In this document: positions 14,101-26,960 of the stretch, one piece after another
How positions within the stretch are numbered: the stretch's first letter is position 1
Layout: each line of letters starts with the position of its first letter
Source of the DNA: Phoronis australis
Lineage: Eukaryota > Animalia > Phoronida
Direction: 5' to 3'
DNA length: 64,000 nucleotides
Assembly: GCA_002633005.1 (NCBI GenBank)
Contig: NMRA01000739.1
Span: forward strand, 1 to 64,000
Notes under the pieces: model-generated
Told to the model about the DNA's origin: nothing
Seen by the model: only the letters and a program-made list of their open reading frames with translations
Databases searched by the model: none
Position numbers and translations under genes: made by a program

Positions 14101-14909
14101 GCCTTAATTTGCTTAGATTGCATATATTAAACGAATTCACGATGTATCCATCAGCAAACGAGGTCCATTAAATTCACTGACCATGGAAGCATGGGTGAAA
14201 ACAATAACGTAACCTGTCTGCAGTGCTTGGTAAGGGAGCTTTAAGCAACAAATAATTTTGAATAATGGTGGCCTTAATTTGCAATAATTATGCAAATTTA
14301 TCATGCAACAACATGCAAACTGATTTCATTGAACTAATTGACCATAGAAACATAGGTGCAAATATGATAATTCACCTGCGATGATTGGTACCATAGCTAT
14401 TGGAACAAGTAAAATTTTGAATAATGGCGGCCTTAATTTGCATAAGTTATGCAAATTGACGATGTGTCCACCCAAAAACTTTCACTATTAAATTCATTGA
14501 CCATGAAAACATGGGTTACAGCATCAAAATAACCTGTCAGCAGTGCTTGGTAAGGAAATTATAAGCAAAAATAGAATTTTGCATAATGGGGGTCTTAATT
14601 TGCATAAATTATGCAAATTGACAATGTTTTTACCAACAAACTTGTTCCATTAAAGTCACTGACCATGTAAACGTAGGTAAAACGTCAAAATAATCTGCCT
14701 GCAGTGCTTGGTAAAGAAATTATAGGCAAACATAGAATTTTGCATAATGGCGACCTTAATTCGCATATTCAAAAAAATTCTCAAGATTTGGGAACGGTCA
14801 CCCGCCTGATTTCTGATAACCAAACCTTAGGCTACATGAAACATCAAAGAATAAACTTTATCTGTCAAAACCAGGATAAGTAAAAAAACAGCATTTGGCT
14901 CCCGGACTA
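11187..14909 (-). mobile_element. Decayed Academ-type (XPG/Cys8) DNA transposon
   Basis: TIR t(a/g)gtccgggagcca...tggctcccggacta with flanks ctaa/ctat, and long subterminal inverted repeats. Minus-strand relics HEEASSII (~13080), LLPAHAL*GSNTLACYCGVGK (~12790-12855), LSPTIEAFTEN..RAHYQSVMW and IRCDCK match XPG-like nuclease and Cys-rich motifs. Confidence 0.75.
12313..13100 (-). pseudogene. Transposase relic (XPG-like nuclease and Cys-rich region) with stops and frameshifts
   Basis: The motifs listed for the Academ element fall in different reading frames and include an in-frame stop. Confidence 0.7.
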
Positions 14910-16108
14910 CTATGCGTTATGATAAACGAGACACCAGTTGGCTATCAGGTGTTTCAAGATCATCTTTCTACTGTCCATTTAAGGCGTTTCCTTTTCATAC
15001 ACTCTCTGCCAAAGCGTAAGAATCGTGAAACACGTTGACTGGATCATGTACACGAGTGCTCTAATGGAAATTAGATCATAGTTTTAAGCACAATCAAAAT
15101 GGACAAGGGCGTTGCCTGCTTTAGATTGTGAACTCAAGCCCGCTTAGGAAGGGTGGCTAGTCTGCATACATGTATTTGTGACATTTTGACATTATGATTT
15201 ATGATTGAGATGGTAAGAAAATCGAGGATTTGTCCTTTTAAGGTGTCCGATTGTGCAAGTGTTAGAAGTGTCGCGCTACTGTGTCTGTTTTACAGTATAG
15301 TTTTTGATTTGTGTGTGATCGTGCGACGGAACGAATGCGTGTGATCGTGCGACTGGGCAAATGAATGAGTGGTGGATAAACGGAGAATGTATAGCAAAGG
15401 CCCGGGGTCGGAGGTCGTGACCTTTTAAAAAAAGCCGATCTATTTTTGTCAAACAACGCTGTTACTCAAAACCAATTGAAAATTTGAACAAAATATAAAT
15501 AACTTGAGTCTATAAATTAAGGTTTAGCAAATATTGTAGCTGCTACACACCTTATCATGCTAAGCTTCGACCGAGAAAATTTCGTCAACTGAAGTAGGTT
15601 ACCACTGGAAACTGAGTATAACGCTCAAGTGGAAGGATTCCAACGACACGATACCCGCATTCAAATTAGAAATCGTTGATTTACAAGTGAAAGAAAATGA
15701 GAGATAAATTTCACTGAATTAAAATATTGTTTTCACGTTCGATGACGTCAGCCGTTGAGTGGTGCGGCTGTTCATTTGAATTACCAACATCCTTACCTGG
15801 TTTCGTGCAAACAGTCGGCGCTGTTCTTGAATGGCAGACGGCCGGGAAGCTGACATCCCGGGGGCTGGTGTGGTTGACGAAGTCGACGGCTGGTTGGATG
15901 GATCTGTTGTGCTGGACTCGGATAAGTCGTTGATTAACGATTGTATTCGAGAGATGACATTTTCAGCCATTGTCTATAAAAAAACGTACATGTATCAACT
16001 TTTGAATTTTAAAACTTTTGCAGAACGGTTCAATAAAATAAAGGCTCGGATTGTAAACAATTACCATTTTCCCATTTAGTTGCAGCCATTTTCATTAGCA
16101 GATCAAAA

Positions 16109-16602
16109 NNNNNNNNNNNNNNNNNNNNNNNNNNNNNNNNNNNNNNNNNNNNNNNNNNNNNNNNNNNNNNNNNNNNNNNNNNNNNNNNNNNNNNNNNNNN
16201 NNNNNNNNNNNNNNNNNNNNNNNNNNNNNNNNNNNNNNNNNNNNNNNNNNNNNNNNNNNNNNNNNNNNNNNNNNNNNNNNNNNNNNNNNNNNNNNNNNNN
16301 NNNNNNNNNNNNNNNNNNNNNNNNNNNNNNNNNNNNNNNNNNNNNNNNNNNNNNNNNNNNNNNNNNNNNNNNNNNNNNNNNNNNNNNNNNNNNNNNNNNN
16401 NNNNNNNNNNNNNNNNNNNNNNNNNNNNNNNNNNNNNNNNNNNNNNNNNNNNNNNNNNNNNNNNNNNNNNNNNNNNNNNNNNNNNNNNNNNNNNNNNNNN
16501 NNNNNNNNNNNNNNNNNNNNNNNNNNNNNNNNNNNNNNNNNNNNNNNNNNNNNNNNNNNNNNNNNNNNNNNNNNNNNNNNNNNNNNNNNNNNNNNNNNNN
16601 NN
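16109..16602. other. Assembly gap
   Basis: N run. Confidence 1.
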
Positions 16603-16729
16603 GTCCTATGAACGAATTTCAGTCTTCACTGCAACAGATCACCAATAACAACTTTTTGGAATTTTTGTGCTCATTGCGGGGCTCATGACTTCGTGACGTC
16701 AACCGTATTTCTTGAGTTGGAACAGCGCC

Positions 16730-17093
16730 ATCTGTCCTGTCTGTTCGACTACTACGTCTGTTTGGCAAGACCAACATGTTCATTCGATGACTAACCTGTC
16801 TGTTTGGTAGAAGTGACCTGTTCGTTCGACAAGTAACCTGTTCGTTCGGCCCGAGTAACCTGTCTGTTCGGCGCAACTAACTTGTTCGTTCGCTAAATAA
16901 CCTGTCTGTTTGTCGAAATTTAACCAAATAACCTGTCTGTTTGTCGAAATTTAACCAAATAACCTGTCTGTTTGTCGAAATTTAACCAAATAACCTGTCT
17001 GTTTGCCAAAACTGAACCAAATAACCTGTCTGTTTGAAAACTAACTTGTTTATTTGGCAGTGTTGTCTATTTTGAACCTTTTCGCTGCCCATA
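16730..17093. repeat. Subterminal tandem repeats and a putative transposon end
   Basis: Degenerate ~19-bp units, then 4-5 copies of 31-bp aaataacctgtctgtttgtcgaaatttaacc from 16895. Ends ...ttttcgctgcccata. Confidence 0.7.
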
Positions 17094-18119
17094 CGAAACT
17101 CCTGCGGCTCAGGTTCGAAACTGGCCTTGGTTCCAGCCAAAATGTTATCTCACTAGTGAGATAACTAAATGGGTTATTACACTGTTGTATTGGCCTTTCG
17201 AAACTAATACAGTACTATGGTATAACTGTAGTTGTTTCGTCGTGCACAAATGTGCTGGTAATAATACCATACACGCAATGTGTCTTTATTGCCATACATC
17301 AAATCCACATGTACTATTCATGAATGTACGTACATGTATTGCTGTGTAGATGTTGTCAACAAAAGTTATCAATCAAATTACGTTGGCACTATTTCCATCA
17401 CAGTAGAGTGCGGAGTCAATTGCAATGGTAACAGATTGTGGCAAAGAGAGCGTTTTATCAGTGTTCAGTGTTTTATCCTGTAGCTTCAATAGGTTTGCCG
17501 AAACGCTCTCGTCAGGTTTGGGGCTGCAATATACGGGCTTTGTGGCTGTCTCTTATATACTGTAATTGTTATTTTTTGACTGTTGTGTTTGGCAGAACGT
17601 TGATTTTGTGGACAAGTGCATACCAAATTGTCGGTCGGGATGAATTCACACGTCCCTTTGATTTTGTGTGACATTTCTCTTCGTTCGTGTTATTGACACC
17701 TCTCACAGTAAGGTGCAAAATCTACATGTAAAACTGCTCGTGATTTTCTTGTGGGTTTCAGAATGGCTGCCCATGACATTTGAGTTCTTACTGTTTTATA
17801 TTGTCCGTTAATAAATCCCGTTGCGCACAGTCTGTCACCATACTTTAGTTGATAATAAGTTTCAATTTAAAATATTCCATGTGAAAACTGGTTTTCCAAT
17901 CCGTGGGAAAGATAACGTCAGTCAGACAACACTGAACACATGAGCTAATCAGTCATTACTGGGTGGCCTACAGTGGTAAGCACTTATAGCTTTATAACAA
18001 TTCTAAAACGTGTTACAACTAAGTTATCCATAGTGAGAGATCTTCAATATTTTATTTCTGTTTTCTCCAGCGTAGTTGAGTGTTGAAATCCTTATTTTTT
18101 CACCTTCTTTTGTCTTTTT

Positions 18120-21025
18120 GGTATACCATTGTTTGATATATTATTGTCTACTGACTGCATACAGCTCATTAACGAGCCAAGGCGCATCATCCACGTTCTC
18201 ATTCATGTAATGACCTCGGCTTGACCAACAATTTAATTATAATCGAATGTTCTGTACAACCTCCTGTTGGCAACCAATTTAATGCCTAAAAACCGGTTAA
18301 GGAACACCACACCACAAGAGCCATTTCGTAATATGATCAAGTCGACATCGACAAATTACGTCAGGATATCACCTCCATTGTCAGGGATTCCATATTGGAC
18401 ACTGGCGACATTAACGATAGTGTTTCACTCTTCACTAGTACGCTCTATGAATTTTTAAAAAACAACATTCCGTCAACTCAAAAGATAATTAAACCGTGGT
18501 TCAACAATAATATTAAACGGGCAATCCGCACAAGAAACAGCTCTTTCAGAAGATCTGACAACACTGTAATCTACAACAGATACAAGTAGCAGTGGTAGAT
18601 ACTTTAGTAAATCAAGCCAAAGCACATCACCTCCACAAGCTTTTTTCACAAACAACTCCAATGAATATTGGAATATCATCAGTTAAATACGCGGCAGCCA
18701 ACAACAATCTTCTTACCCAGTCATCAACCACGATGGTAACCTAGCATCAAGTAGCATTGACAAGTGTGACCTGTTTCTCAAAGTTTTCACGAACAAAAGC
18801 GACATTACACTCACTGAAGTAGGAAACATTCCCTTTCTTCGTGAACGTTGTCTCAATCCACTGCCTGATATCCCGGCTAATCAAACTGATGTCCGGAAAT
18901 AACTCAATGAAACTGACCCCAATAAGAATGATGACAGAGCTTTAATAACCATCAAGATGATCAAAATGATTGCCAACGAAATTACCATTCCCTTAACCAA
19001 CCTGTTTAACTACAGTAACTTCTTTGGCTAGGCATATATCCGTCTTCTTGGACTCATGGAATTATGGTCCCTATGCACAAAAAGACTCCACAACTGAAAT
19101 TTCACATTATAACCTAATAACTTTACTTAACAACCTATCCAAAATCTTCGAGAAGATGATTACTCAAAGTATTCTTACATTTCTCAAACAAAACAACTTG
19201 ATCTGTAATCGTCAATTTTTTTTGCGTGGGAACAGCACCGTGGCACACCTTGTTGAAGTAGTACATTGAATCATTTACATTATACGAAGGGCAAGAGTGT
19301 CAGGTCCATTTTTTTAGATATAGCTTCTGCTTTCGACTGCATCCCTCACGACCTTCTACTCCACAAAAGTCGATCCTATGGCATTATGGGAAACTTAATT
19401 TTAAACAGGATAACCTTATATCTCTCCGATCGTATATACGTACATACTGTGTTCGTGTCGACGGCGTCCTCCTGGATTTGTAAACGCAGGTGTACCGCAG
19501 GGTAGCATATTGGGCCATCTTTTCTTCTTGGTTTATATTAATGACCTTCCTGATAACCTGTCATGTAGCACATACCTTTACGCAGATGAGACGGAGGTTT
19601 TTTACCCCTTCGCAGATGGTAGCCCTGAAAGTCCATTGCAGTTTCAACACGACCTGAATAAACTCAGCTATTGGTAACAAGAATGAATAATGAAGCTTAA
19701 ACCAGAAAAAAAGCGTTGACCTCACCTGCTCCAAATCCATTAATGATCTCTTCCTTGTTGACCCTTCTTATGACATAAAACTTAATGATGAACTCATTCC
19801 TAGAAAACAGTCGCATAGACACCTTGCTATACTGTTTGATGAATAGCTCTCATTCACACCCCACGTTCGGGAGCTCGTACAAAATACTCAGAAACTAATT
19901 AACCTACTTAAGCTTGTCTCTCGTCCTCTGAATTCTACACACCTAAAAGTTCTGTTCAAATCCTTTATACTTCCATATGTCGATTATTGTGATATTATAT
20001 ATCAGTCTTCCAATACTGGTGCACTCCAATCTTTGGAGAAATTGCAGTATCGAGCCTTCTTACTCATACAGTGTAACTGGAGCTTACAGGGAATTCAATA
20101 ATTTTAAGGTTTTGGATAGTCTCAAGTGTCCCAAACTGTCTAATCGACGCAACCTTCGCACGTCCATATTTACGTGCAAAGTAATAAACAATGTCAACAA
20201 TGCCTCTGTCAAAAAATATTTGATCTATACACTAGACCAGGCCATCGTAGTGGGTTAAGATCCTCCACCCCTTATGCAATTCCTCCGTTGTTCAGTCAGG
20301 CTTTCAGAAGGTCTACAGTTATGATGTGCACCAACAACTGGAATTCTCTTCCAGTCTATGTTAAGAAATGCAACTCTGATATGAGTATAAAAATAAATTT
20401 AGAACTGTTTTTCATAACTTTGATAACTCAACAGACCTGACTCTATTCTCCCTTCCCCGCGAAAGCGAAATAACATTGTACACACCAAGATGCGGTCTTT
20501 TCCTCAACTCCGACAAGTTTAGGCACAATTTAAGTAACGTCTCTCCAAACTGTAAATGTGGTGACCATCAATCTAATCCTCATGTTTTATTCAAATGTCC
20601 CCTCATCGAATACCCAAGAGACTCACTCTTTCGTGCGCTCAATGAAAACCAATCAATTGTAAAATCTCTCAATTCTTGTAATAACATCCCTACTGAAGTT
20701 ACATTATTATTGAATGGTAATCCTAACACAGAACTTGTTCTCAATGAATTCCTTTTATGCAACGTCAGCAATTTTTAGGTGTCGCTTAAAAATAGTGTTG
20801 CTTCTGATTTCCATACATGTATTTGTAGGTGTTTTTTGTTTTTATATGTTCGTATTAGCATATCTAAATTTGGAATACTTATATTAGATACTGCTTACAT
20901 GAATATATACCTCTATGTATATTACTTTCATGTATGAATTGTCTACAACCCAGATATAATGCTTCGCGATTTCTGGCTTTGTCATTATTTCTTTGTATGT
21001 TCTATGTATTCTTCAATAAATATAT
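18120..21025 (+). mobile_element. Decayed non-LTR retrotransposon (CR1/L2 group) ORF2
   Basis: Fragments PWFNNNIKRAIR, LSKIFEK, FLDIASAFDCIPH, GVPQGSILGHLFFLVYINDLP (~19490-19550), YADET and the C-terminal SPNCKCG..HVLFKCP. AATAAA at ~21015. Many stops and frameshifts. Confidence 0.9.
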
Positions 21026-21059
21026 ACCACCTTAAAAATATACGGGTTTGTGTTTCTCC

Positions 21060-21330
21060 ATGACATGCGCAGCCATCACCTGATTGTAGACAAGTGTCAA
21101 CTCAATCCCAATGTCCCTGTGGATAGTAGGGTTAACACGCTTGATCGGGATCTCTGATTTTTAGGGTTAACCTCAATTGTCACTGTCAATAATATTCACA
21201 GACTACCAGTTAATCTCATGGTCAAAATAGTAAGCATGCTTCAACTTATAAGATTGGAGAGAGGCAATTCTTACAGCTTATTTGTGTTCGTTGATGCGAA
21301 TCCTCAGTTGTCGTCCAGACTCGCCAAGGT
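21060..21330 (-). mobile_element. Penelope-like GIY-YIG C-terminal relic
   Basis: Minus strand reads RINEHK..FDHEINW*SVNIID..IKRVNPTIHRDIGIEL. Confidence 0.6.
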
Positions 21331-21499
21331 AGGATGGTTCACAGAGACACAGCCAACCTGATACACTACGCCACACTTAAACTCCTTGGGTGTAGTATCC
21401 TTGAGCGCGACCCCGACTGCGGAGAGAGTTACCAGGCCGAAAGTCTACCTTAATATTTTGTTTTTTGTAAACTCTGCATAACGTCTCTGAAACACCCTG

Positions 21500-21770
21500 A
21501 CTGTAAGGTAACACAACGGTGCAACGCCATTCCTGCTTTTAATATGACCGGGGGTTCTACAAGCCGAGTGATGCTGAAGGTTCCAATCGGGATATCCACG
21601 GCGAATACAAAGAGATGTAAGAGCTGGCTCTCTACAGTTGGGCATTGGAGATTGCTCAAGGGTTTGACTATCATATTGACTAGGAGTTTGTGAATTTTAT
21701 TGATATTAACAATAGAGATATTCCCACAGAAATCAGGGAAGCTGTCCAAATCAAGCGTGGTAACCAGGGG
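21500..21770 (+). mobile_element. Penelope-like GIY-YIG C-terminal relic
   Basis: Reads DYHID*EFVNFID..IREAVQIKR, homologous to the inverted copy just upstream. Confidence 0.6.
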
Positions 21771-23397
21771 CAGTTCCAGGATTCTGAGTTGGGGGGTGGG
21801 TCTTTTGCCTGTCTGACATTCGCACCTCTGAACTGCCAATTGGAATGTGGGCGAAGGTCCTCCAGCCATAGTGCACGAAAGCTAATTGGGCCTGCCAAGA
21901 AATACTTCTGCTTGTGTCTAAGAACCTTTACTACAAAAGATAAGTTATGATTACAATTGCAAGCTACTCTTTACCTCGTAGGTAGAGTTCGAAATTATAT
22001 TTCCACGAGATTATGTAACGTTTGATTTTACCAGTCCGCCAGTGTTAAAAGGATATTAATCCTGTTTTGGTGATTTCAACTAATCCTTGTTCTGTCATTT
22101 ATAATGCATCATTGGTATCAATTTTGAAAGATAAAATCCGGAATTAACTCGTAAACCCAAATCTCACAAATTAGAAATTATGGTCCTTGGTGGGTGATGT
22201 TTTACAATAGTTACAGTATAATTTGGTAAAAGCGTATGTCACGCTTGCCCGTTTAGCAGACTTTGAAAGGAGTTATCAAATTTTCCTGGAAACGTTTGAG
22301 GGTTGTCGAGGTTTATAAAACATTTCATTATTTTGTGCAGTTAACTGGATAAGAAAGTCCAAAACTGTGTTTAGTATCCTTTTTATATCATCGAGAGAAA
22401 CTTGAAAAACTGAACAAAAAACAAGTTTATGCCATGTTTGGCCACTTTTGTCCGCTAAGTCATCAAATGGTAATTCCCAAATGTGAGGATACGCATAATC
22501 CGATTGGGTTGTTTAGTTAGACGACCAGTTTGCCGACCCAACTGCCAACCGCAGAATCGACTAAGCAGACCATGCCTGTATCCAGCATTGCTTGGGGGGA
22601 GGGTGGTTTGAATCTCTCGAACGGTTAATTTTAAGGCCTTTGAGGCAGCTTAATTAGAGAGAAGAAAAATCATTATACTCAACGATGATTCTATGTACGG
22701 TGTTTCTCAGAGGAGATGGGATTTGTAATATCAGAAATGAACATGCCGTGACGGTTGAGCGCAAAGAACGGGAATCAAAGTCGTATGTTAAGTGGTCCAG
22801 AAAGAGAACATTATAGCGTTACCTCCCGCCAAATTTTCAAATCAGACGTGCTTAAAATGAGTGCTTACACCTCATTAGGTACTCGGACGGAAATATTAGT
22901 AGGATTATGATTTGACGAAACTTTATCTAATTGTATTTTTACGTGTTACTTAAGTTTCTTACATCGCTGTAAATGGAAGCAGGATAATATTCTGAAGGAT
23001 CAATACTTTGAAGGTTTGCTAAACTAAAATGTCCAAAATTTTGGACTCGCTTGTGATTTTATACTTTTACTAGCAAAACTTAACAAATTACATCCGTTAT
23101 TATATGTACTGAGTGGTGTACATGTACCTATTCTGAAAACAACGCCTGGATACTAAAGCAATTTGTTTGGATTTCGTGCTCATTTGGAATTTACCGCATG
23201 TCTTACGAATACCGAAATGAGTACGTACTTGCATATTTTTAAAAATATGAAGTAGAAATATTCATGAATTATCAACCACGATACATTCATCACATTCATG
23301 ACAAGATCGCATCATTTCAAATCGGTGTACATGTACCTATATCGAAAACAACGCCGCCCAGGTACTAAAGCACTTTAATTGCTTTTGGATTACATGC

Positions 23398-23675
23398 CAT
23401 GCGCGTACCCAGGAGGTGGGGCTCGAGGTGCTCGAACGAGCCTCCCCCTCACCTCCCCCCATTTTGCGAATTGTGCAAAAGGTTCTGTCTAAGAGAAACA
23501 AATAGTCCGAAAAAGAAGAAAACGAGACAAAATTCCACTAAAAAGGCAGGAATTACCAAACTCGGCGAGTGCAAAAGTCATGGCTCTGAACGTACCCCGT
23601 TTTTTTTTCTACATGTAAATAGTCCACATTCTCAAGAATTTGAGCAGCCCATCTTTTAGACTGGGAGCGCGTACG
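23398..23675. mobile_element. Short MITE (hAT-like) inserted in the second copy of a ~200-bp tandem duplication
   Basis: Ends catgcgcgtacccag...ctgggagcgcgtacg. Its flanks rejoin to reproduce 23115-23270. Confidence 0.55.
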
Positions 23676-23989
23676 ATACCCATGCGGAATTGCCAGTATG
23701 TCTTACGAATACCCAAAATGAGTACGTACTTGCATTTAAAAGAATATGAAGTAGGAATATTATGCACCTATCACACAGTCTGTTCACAACAAGGCAAATT
23801 AATATTACTATACTCCGGCAGGTCTGCTCACTAAGCCTGACCGGAATCTGTGGTCTCAGTATTGTTATAAACCAGTTGCCGATTATGCTAACCCATCTGG
23901 CCGGTGCCGTACTTTATACGTTTGGTTGTTTGTATACCAATCTGGTACTTCACGTTATATTCGTCGTTTTGCTCGAGTCCGTCTGGAAG

Positions 23990-24153
23990 CCAATCGGAAA
24001 ATACTCTTCTGACACCCTGTAACCTTTTGATAATCACGTCAAGTCACGTATTCACTATTTCGCGGTGCCCTGCATCAATCTTGTACATACCACAACTTCT
24101 GTCAACGTAAAGGGTCGTGACCCATCAATTTCCACCACCCCTCCATAAATAAA
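23990..24153 (+). promoter_or_regulatory. Candidate core promoter of TLDc gene 2
   Basis: gccaatc at ~23990 and TATA-like cataaataaa at 24144-24153, about 100 bp upstream of the proposed ATG. Motifs only. Confidence 0.3.
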
Positions 24154-24256
24154 CCTTCACCAAGTCGTTCTCGTTTTATGTGATTTCTCCCATTGAGTAG
24201 AGAGGAACCACCAAGTTCTCGGTGACATTGGAAAGACAATTGGTGTGATCACCATC

Positions 24257-24320
24257 ATGACGGGTATTCCATACTGGTGCTTTATCATAAGTCTTCTTGC
24301 GAGGGTGACGATTGCTGATG
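24257..24320 (+). CDS. Putative exon 1 (signal peptide) of multi-TLDc gene 2
   Basis: accatcATG start, encodes MTGIPYWCFIISLLARVTIAD plus one G, then donor gtatgt. Phase 1 matches the next exon. Hydrophobic core with small residues at -3/-1 (T-I-A). Confidence 0.6.
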
Positions 24321-25232
24321 GTATGTCGTTGTTATTCGTTTAAAGGTTGAAATTTTAAAGCTTGGACATGCTCTGACCACACTAAGAAGGCGTCAAATAG
24401 AAAACAGTGTTGCATGTAAGTTCTGATGTGGCGCAGTGTTTGGCAATAAAATTCATTTAAAATGTGCAAATTTCAAAATACCGAACGATGGTATTGTCTG
24501 CTGTAAGATTTCGGCTAATGATTTTTTAATCGCTATTGTTCAGTCACGAAAAACCTGTGTTGAATGAGTAGCTCACAGGTGTGTACGGTACTCTGGCTCT
24601 GTTTCTTACCGTGTGTTGCAATCACACTCTCTTCTTGTATGCCTCTTTTCCTGCTGTCACGTGTATTTTACTGTCATTTCGTTAAGTATATGTTCATTCT
24701 GCCTATTGCCTGACGATGAGACATGGAGTCGAATTATAGCCTGTGTTTGAATTTGTTTGTTATGTCTCTCCGTGTTTTACTACATAGCTTCACACCTGAA
24801 GAAAGGATATTGTTCCGACACTTCGAGCGAACCAATATCAAGCTTGCAAACAAAAAGGCTAGTCGTGTTTCCGACTAAGTTTGTGTAAACGAAGGGCAGC
24901 TACCGAACTATATTGGAATACATAAACATACGTGTACACATATTTCATTGAAGACACGACTTTTGCTTCGTTCTTACGAGTTTAATTTATTTCTTCCAAA
25001 CTCTCTAAATAGAAATCTTAATACAGTGTATGTTTACATCAGAGCAGTGCAATGAAAATTCAATCGACATCAGTAGGTAACAAAATTTACAAAGCGATAT
25101 TTCCAGACACATATCTCATCTTCAGGCTACTATTTACATGTACTACTAGTTCACAGTGAAACGCACATCAGAAAATTAATTACAAATGCATAGTAACACG
25201 TGAAGTTGGCATGCGCACCTATGACGATATAA

Positions 25233-25268
25233 ACACACACACGCGCGCGCACATACACACAAGCATAC

Positions 25269-25308
<40 letters not shown>

Positions 25309-25345
25309 GTATATATATATATATGTGTGTGTGTGTGTATGTATA
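25233..25345. repeat. Compound (AC)n/(AT)n/(GT)n microsatellite
   Basis: Visible directly; explains the IYIYIY ORFs. Confidence 0.95.
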
Positions 25346-26751
25346 AATATATACACTCTGCTGGGCATCATATTGCACAGATCAACTAATGATGGGGTCC
25401 TTCGAGTTCCACTAGCTGCTCATTCAAATTAGGTTTTTTAAACATTATTAGAAGCGACTGTGTACATAATTTTCAATGTAGCGAATGTCTGTGTTGTCAA
25501 CAGTCTCTTGCAACCGTAAACTTTTTGAAAATGGTCTTCTATAGAGTCATTTTGCAAATGCATTGAAAGTCGTCGCAAACAGGAGGAGACTGTGTGCCCA
25601 ATGTAATTTTGCTTTTCGTGATGACGAAAACATTCGACCGCGTGGCAGGGCAAGTGAACTCATAAACAACATTACATAACCACTTGAAAATTGAAACAAT
25701 ATAGAAATACAGTGAGTCTATGAAATAAGTTTTAAGCAAGTAGTCTAGCTTACAACACGTTATCATGTAGTCAGTCAACTAGCTGTATGAAGACTCTCGT
25801 TAAAATACAACTAGTTACCACAGTGTATTTTTCTTCCATAGACCCCGAAATTGCACACAGCCAGGGTAGTTCTGCTCGTCAACTCTCCGTGAAACCTGTA
25901 TCAGCGTCTAGAGCTAAAGACCACAAGGAGTGCATGTAAAATCTGGGAATAAATCGACACTCACCTTACCCGTTACAGCCGTTTAAGTGGAAAACAATCT
26001 AATAAACGTCACTTTTTTGCGTAATCCTCCGCCTTTTCTAACAAAGAAAAGTTATATCGTCATATTTAAAACAGTACGCTCGTAACACGCGCACGCGCCA
26101 TTTTCTTAATTTTGCGACATCTCTCGGGAGATGATGATTGCTTGGCAGAGCAGCAAAATTTCTTCTGAAATTCGGTTTTTCGGCATCAAAATTCTAAAAA
26201 CTTATAACGGAGTGAAACCTGTTCCGATAGTTTGTTGTGACGTATACGCAACCTCGTGAAAGAGTAACAGTTGATTGAAGAATCAGAGAAAAAGAAACTG
26301 GCCAATAGGTGACGCAATATTTCATGGAACTGAAAGCCATCGCTTAAGATCACTCCACAAATTTAGCAGCAGAATAACGTTAGAACGCGATTTTTTTTCC
26401 AACACCGTTAAATAATGCAAGGTAAACTGTAGTTTATAATGACAATAATTTTGTGTCAGATCTTATATTTAGTATACTGTTTGTACCAAGGCTAGTTATC
26501 ACGGTAAACTTCGAGCGTGAAAATATTGTCAGATAAAGTGGGTTACCACTGGTTAAAGGATCCGAACCTCACGACAACAGCATTCAAACTGGAGATCGAT
26601 GAAAATAAAAGATAAATTTCAGTGAATTAAAATGTGTTTTTATTGAAATTTGTGCGTCTGATTTTTCACGGAGTCTGAATGTGGGTACAATAACGTATGC
26701 TGAACATGCGATTATTGCGTGTACTCATTCTATTTTCACGCTGGAGGACAT

Positions 26752-26960
26752 CAGCTGCTGAATGGTAAAGTCGATGATTCGAAACTCTTGCGGAGAGTGT
26801 TCGAAACCGGCCTTGGGTTCCCGTCAAAATGTTTTTCCACACGCGTTGAATAACTGCACTGGCCATACCAGGCAGATAATATGGTACAAATATATATATA
26901 TATATATACACGCGCGCACGTACGCAGGCACGCACACACACACACACACACACACATATA
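26752..26960 (+). mobile_element. Probable tRNA-derived SINE with microsatellite tail
   Basis: A-box-like tgctgaatgg, B-box gttcgaaac, then (TA)n(CA)n. A 5'-truncated relative lies at 17094-17190. Confidence 0.5.

Noticed and set aside
16080-16688. Long ORFs with X runs (also 51542-52146)
   Set aside because: Artefacts of N gaps.
16895-17040. 31-bp repeat as a CRISPR or iteron array
   Set aside because: Head-to-tail minisatellite with no spacers.
17955-17995. tRNA-like 5' segment ggtggcctacagtggtaagcac
   Set aside because: No T-arm/B-box or acceptor-stem partner follows, so it is not a tRNA gene.
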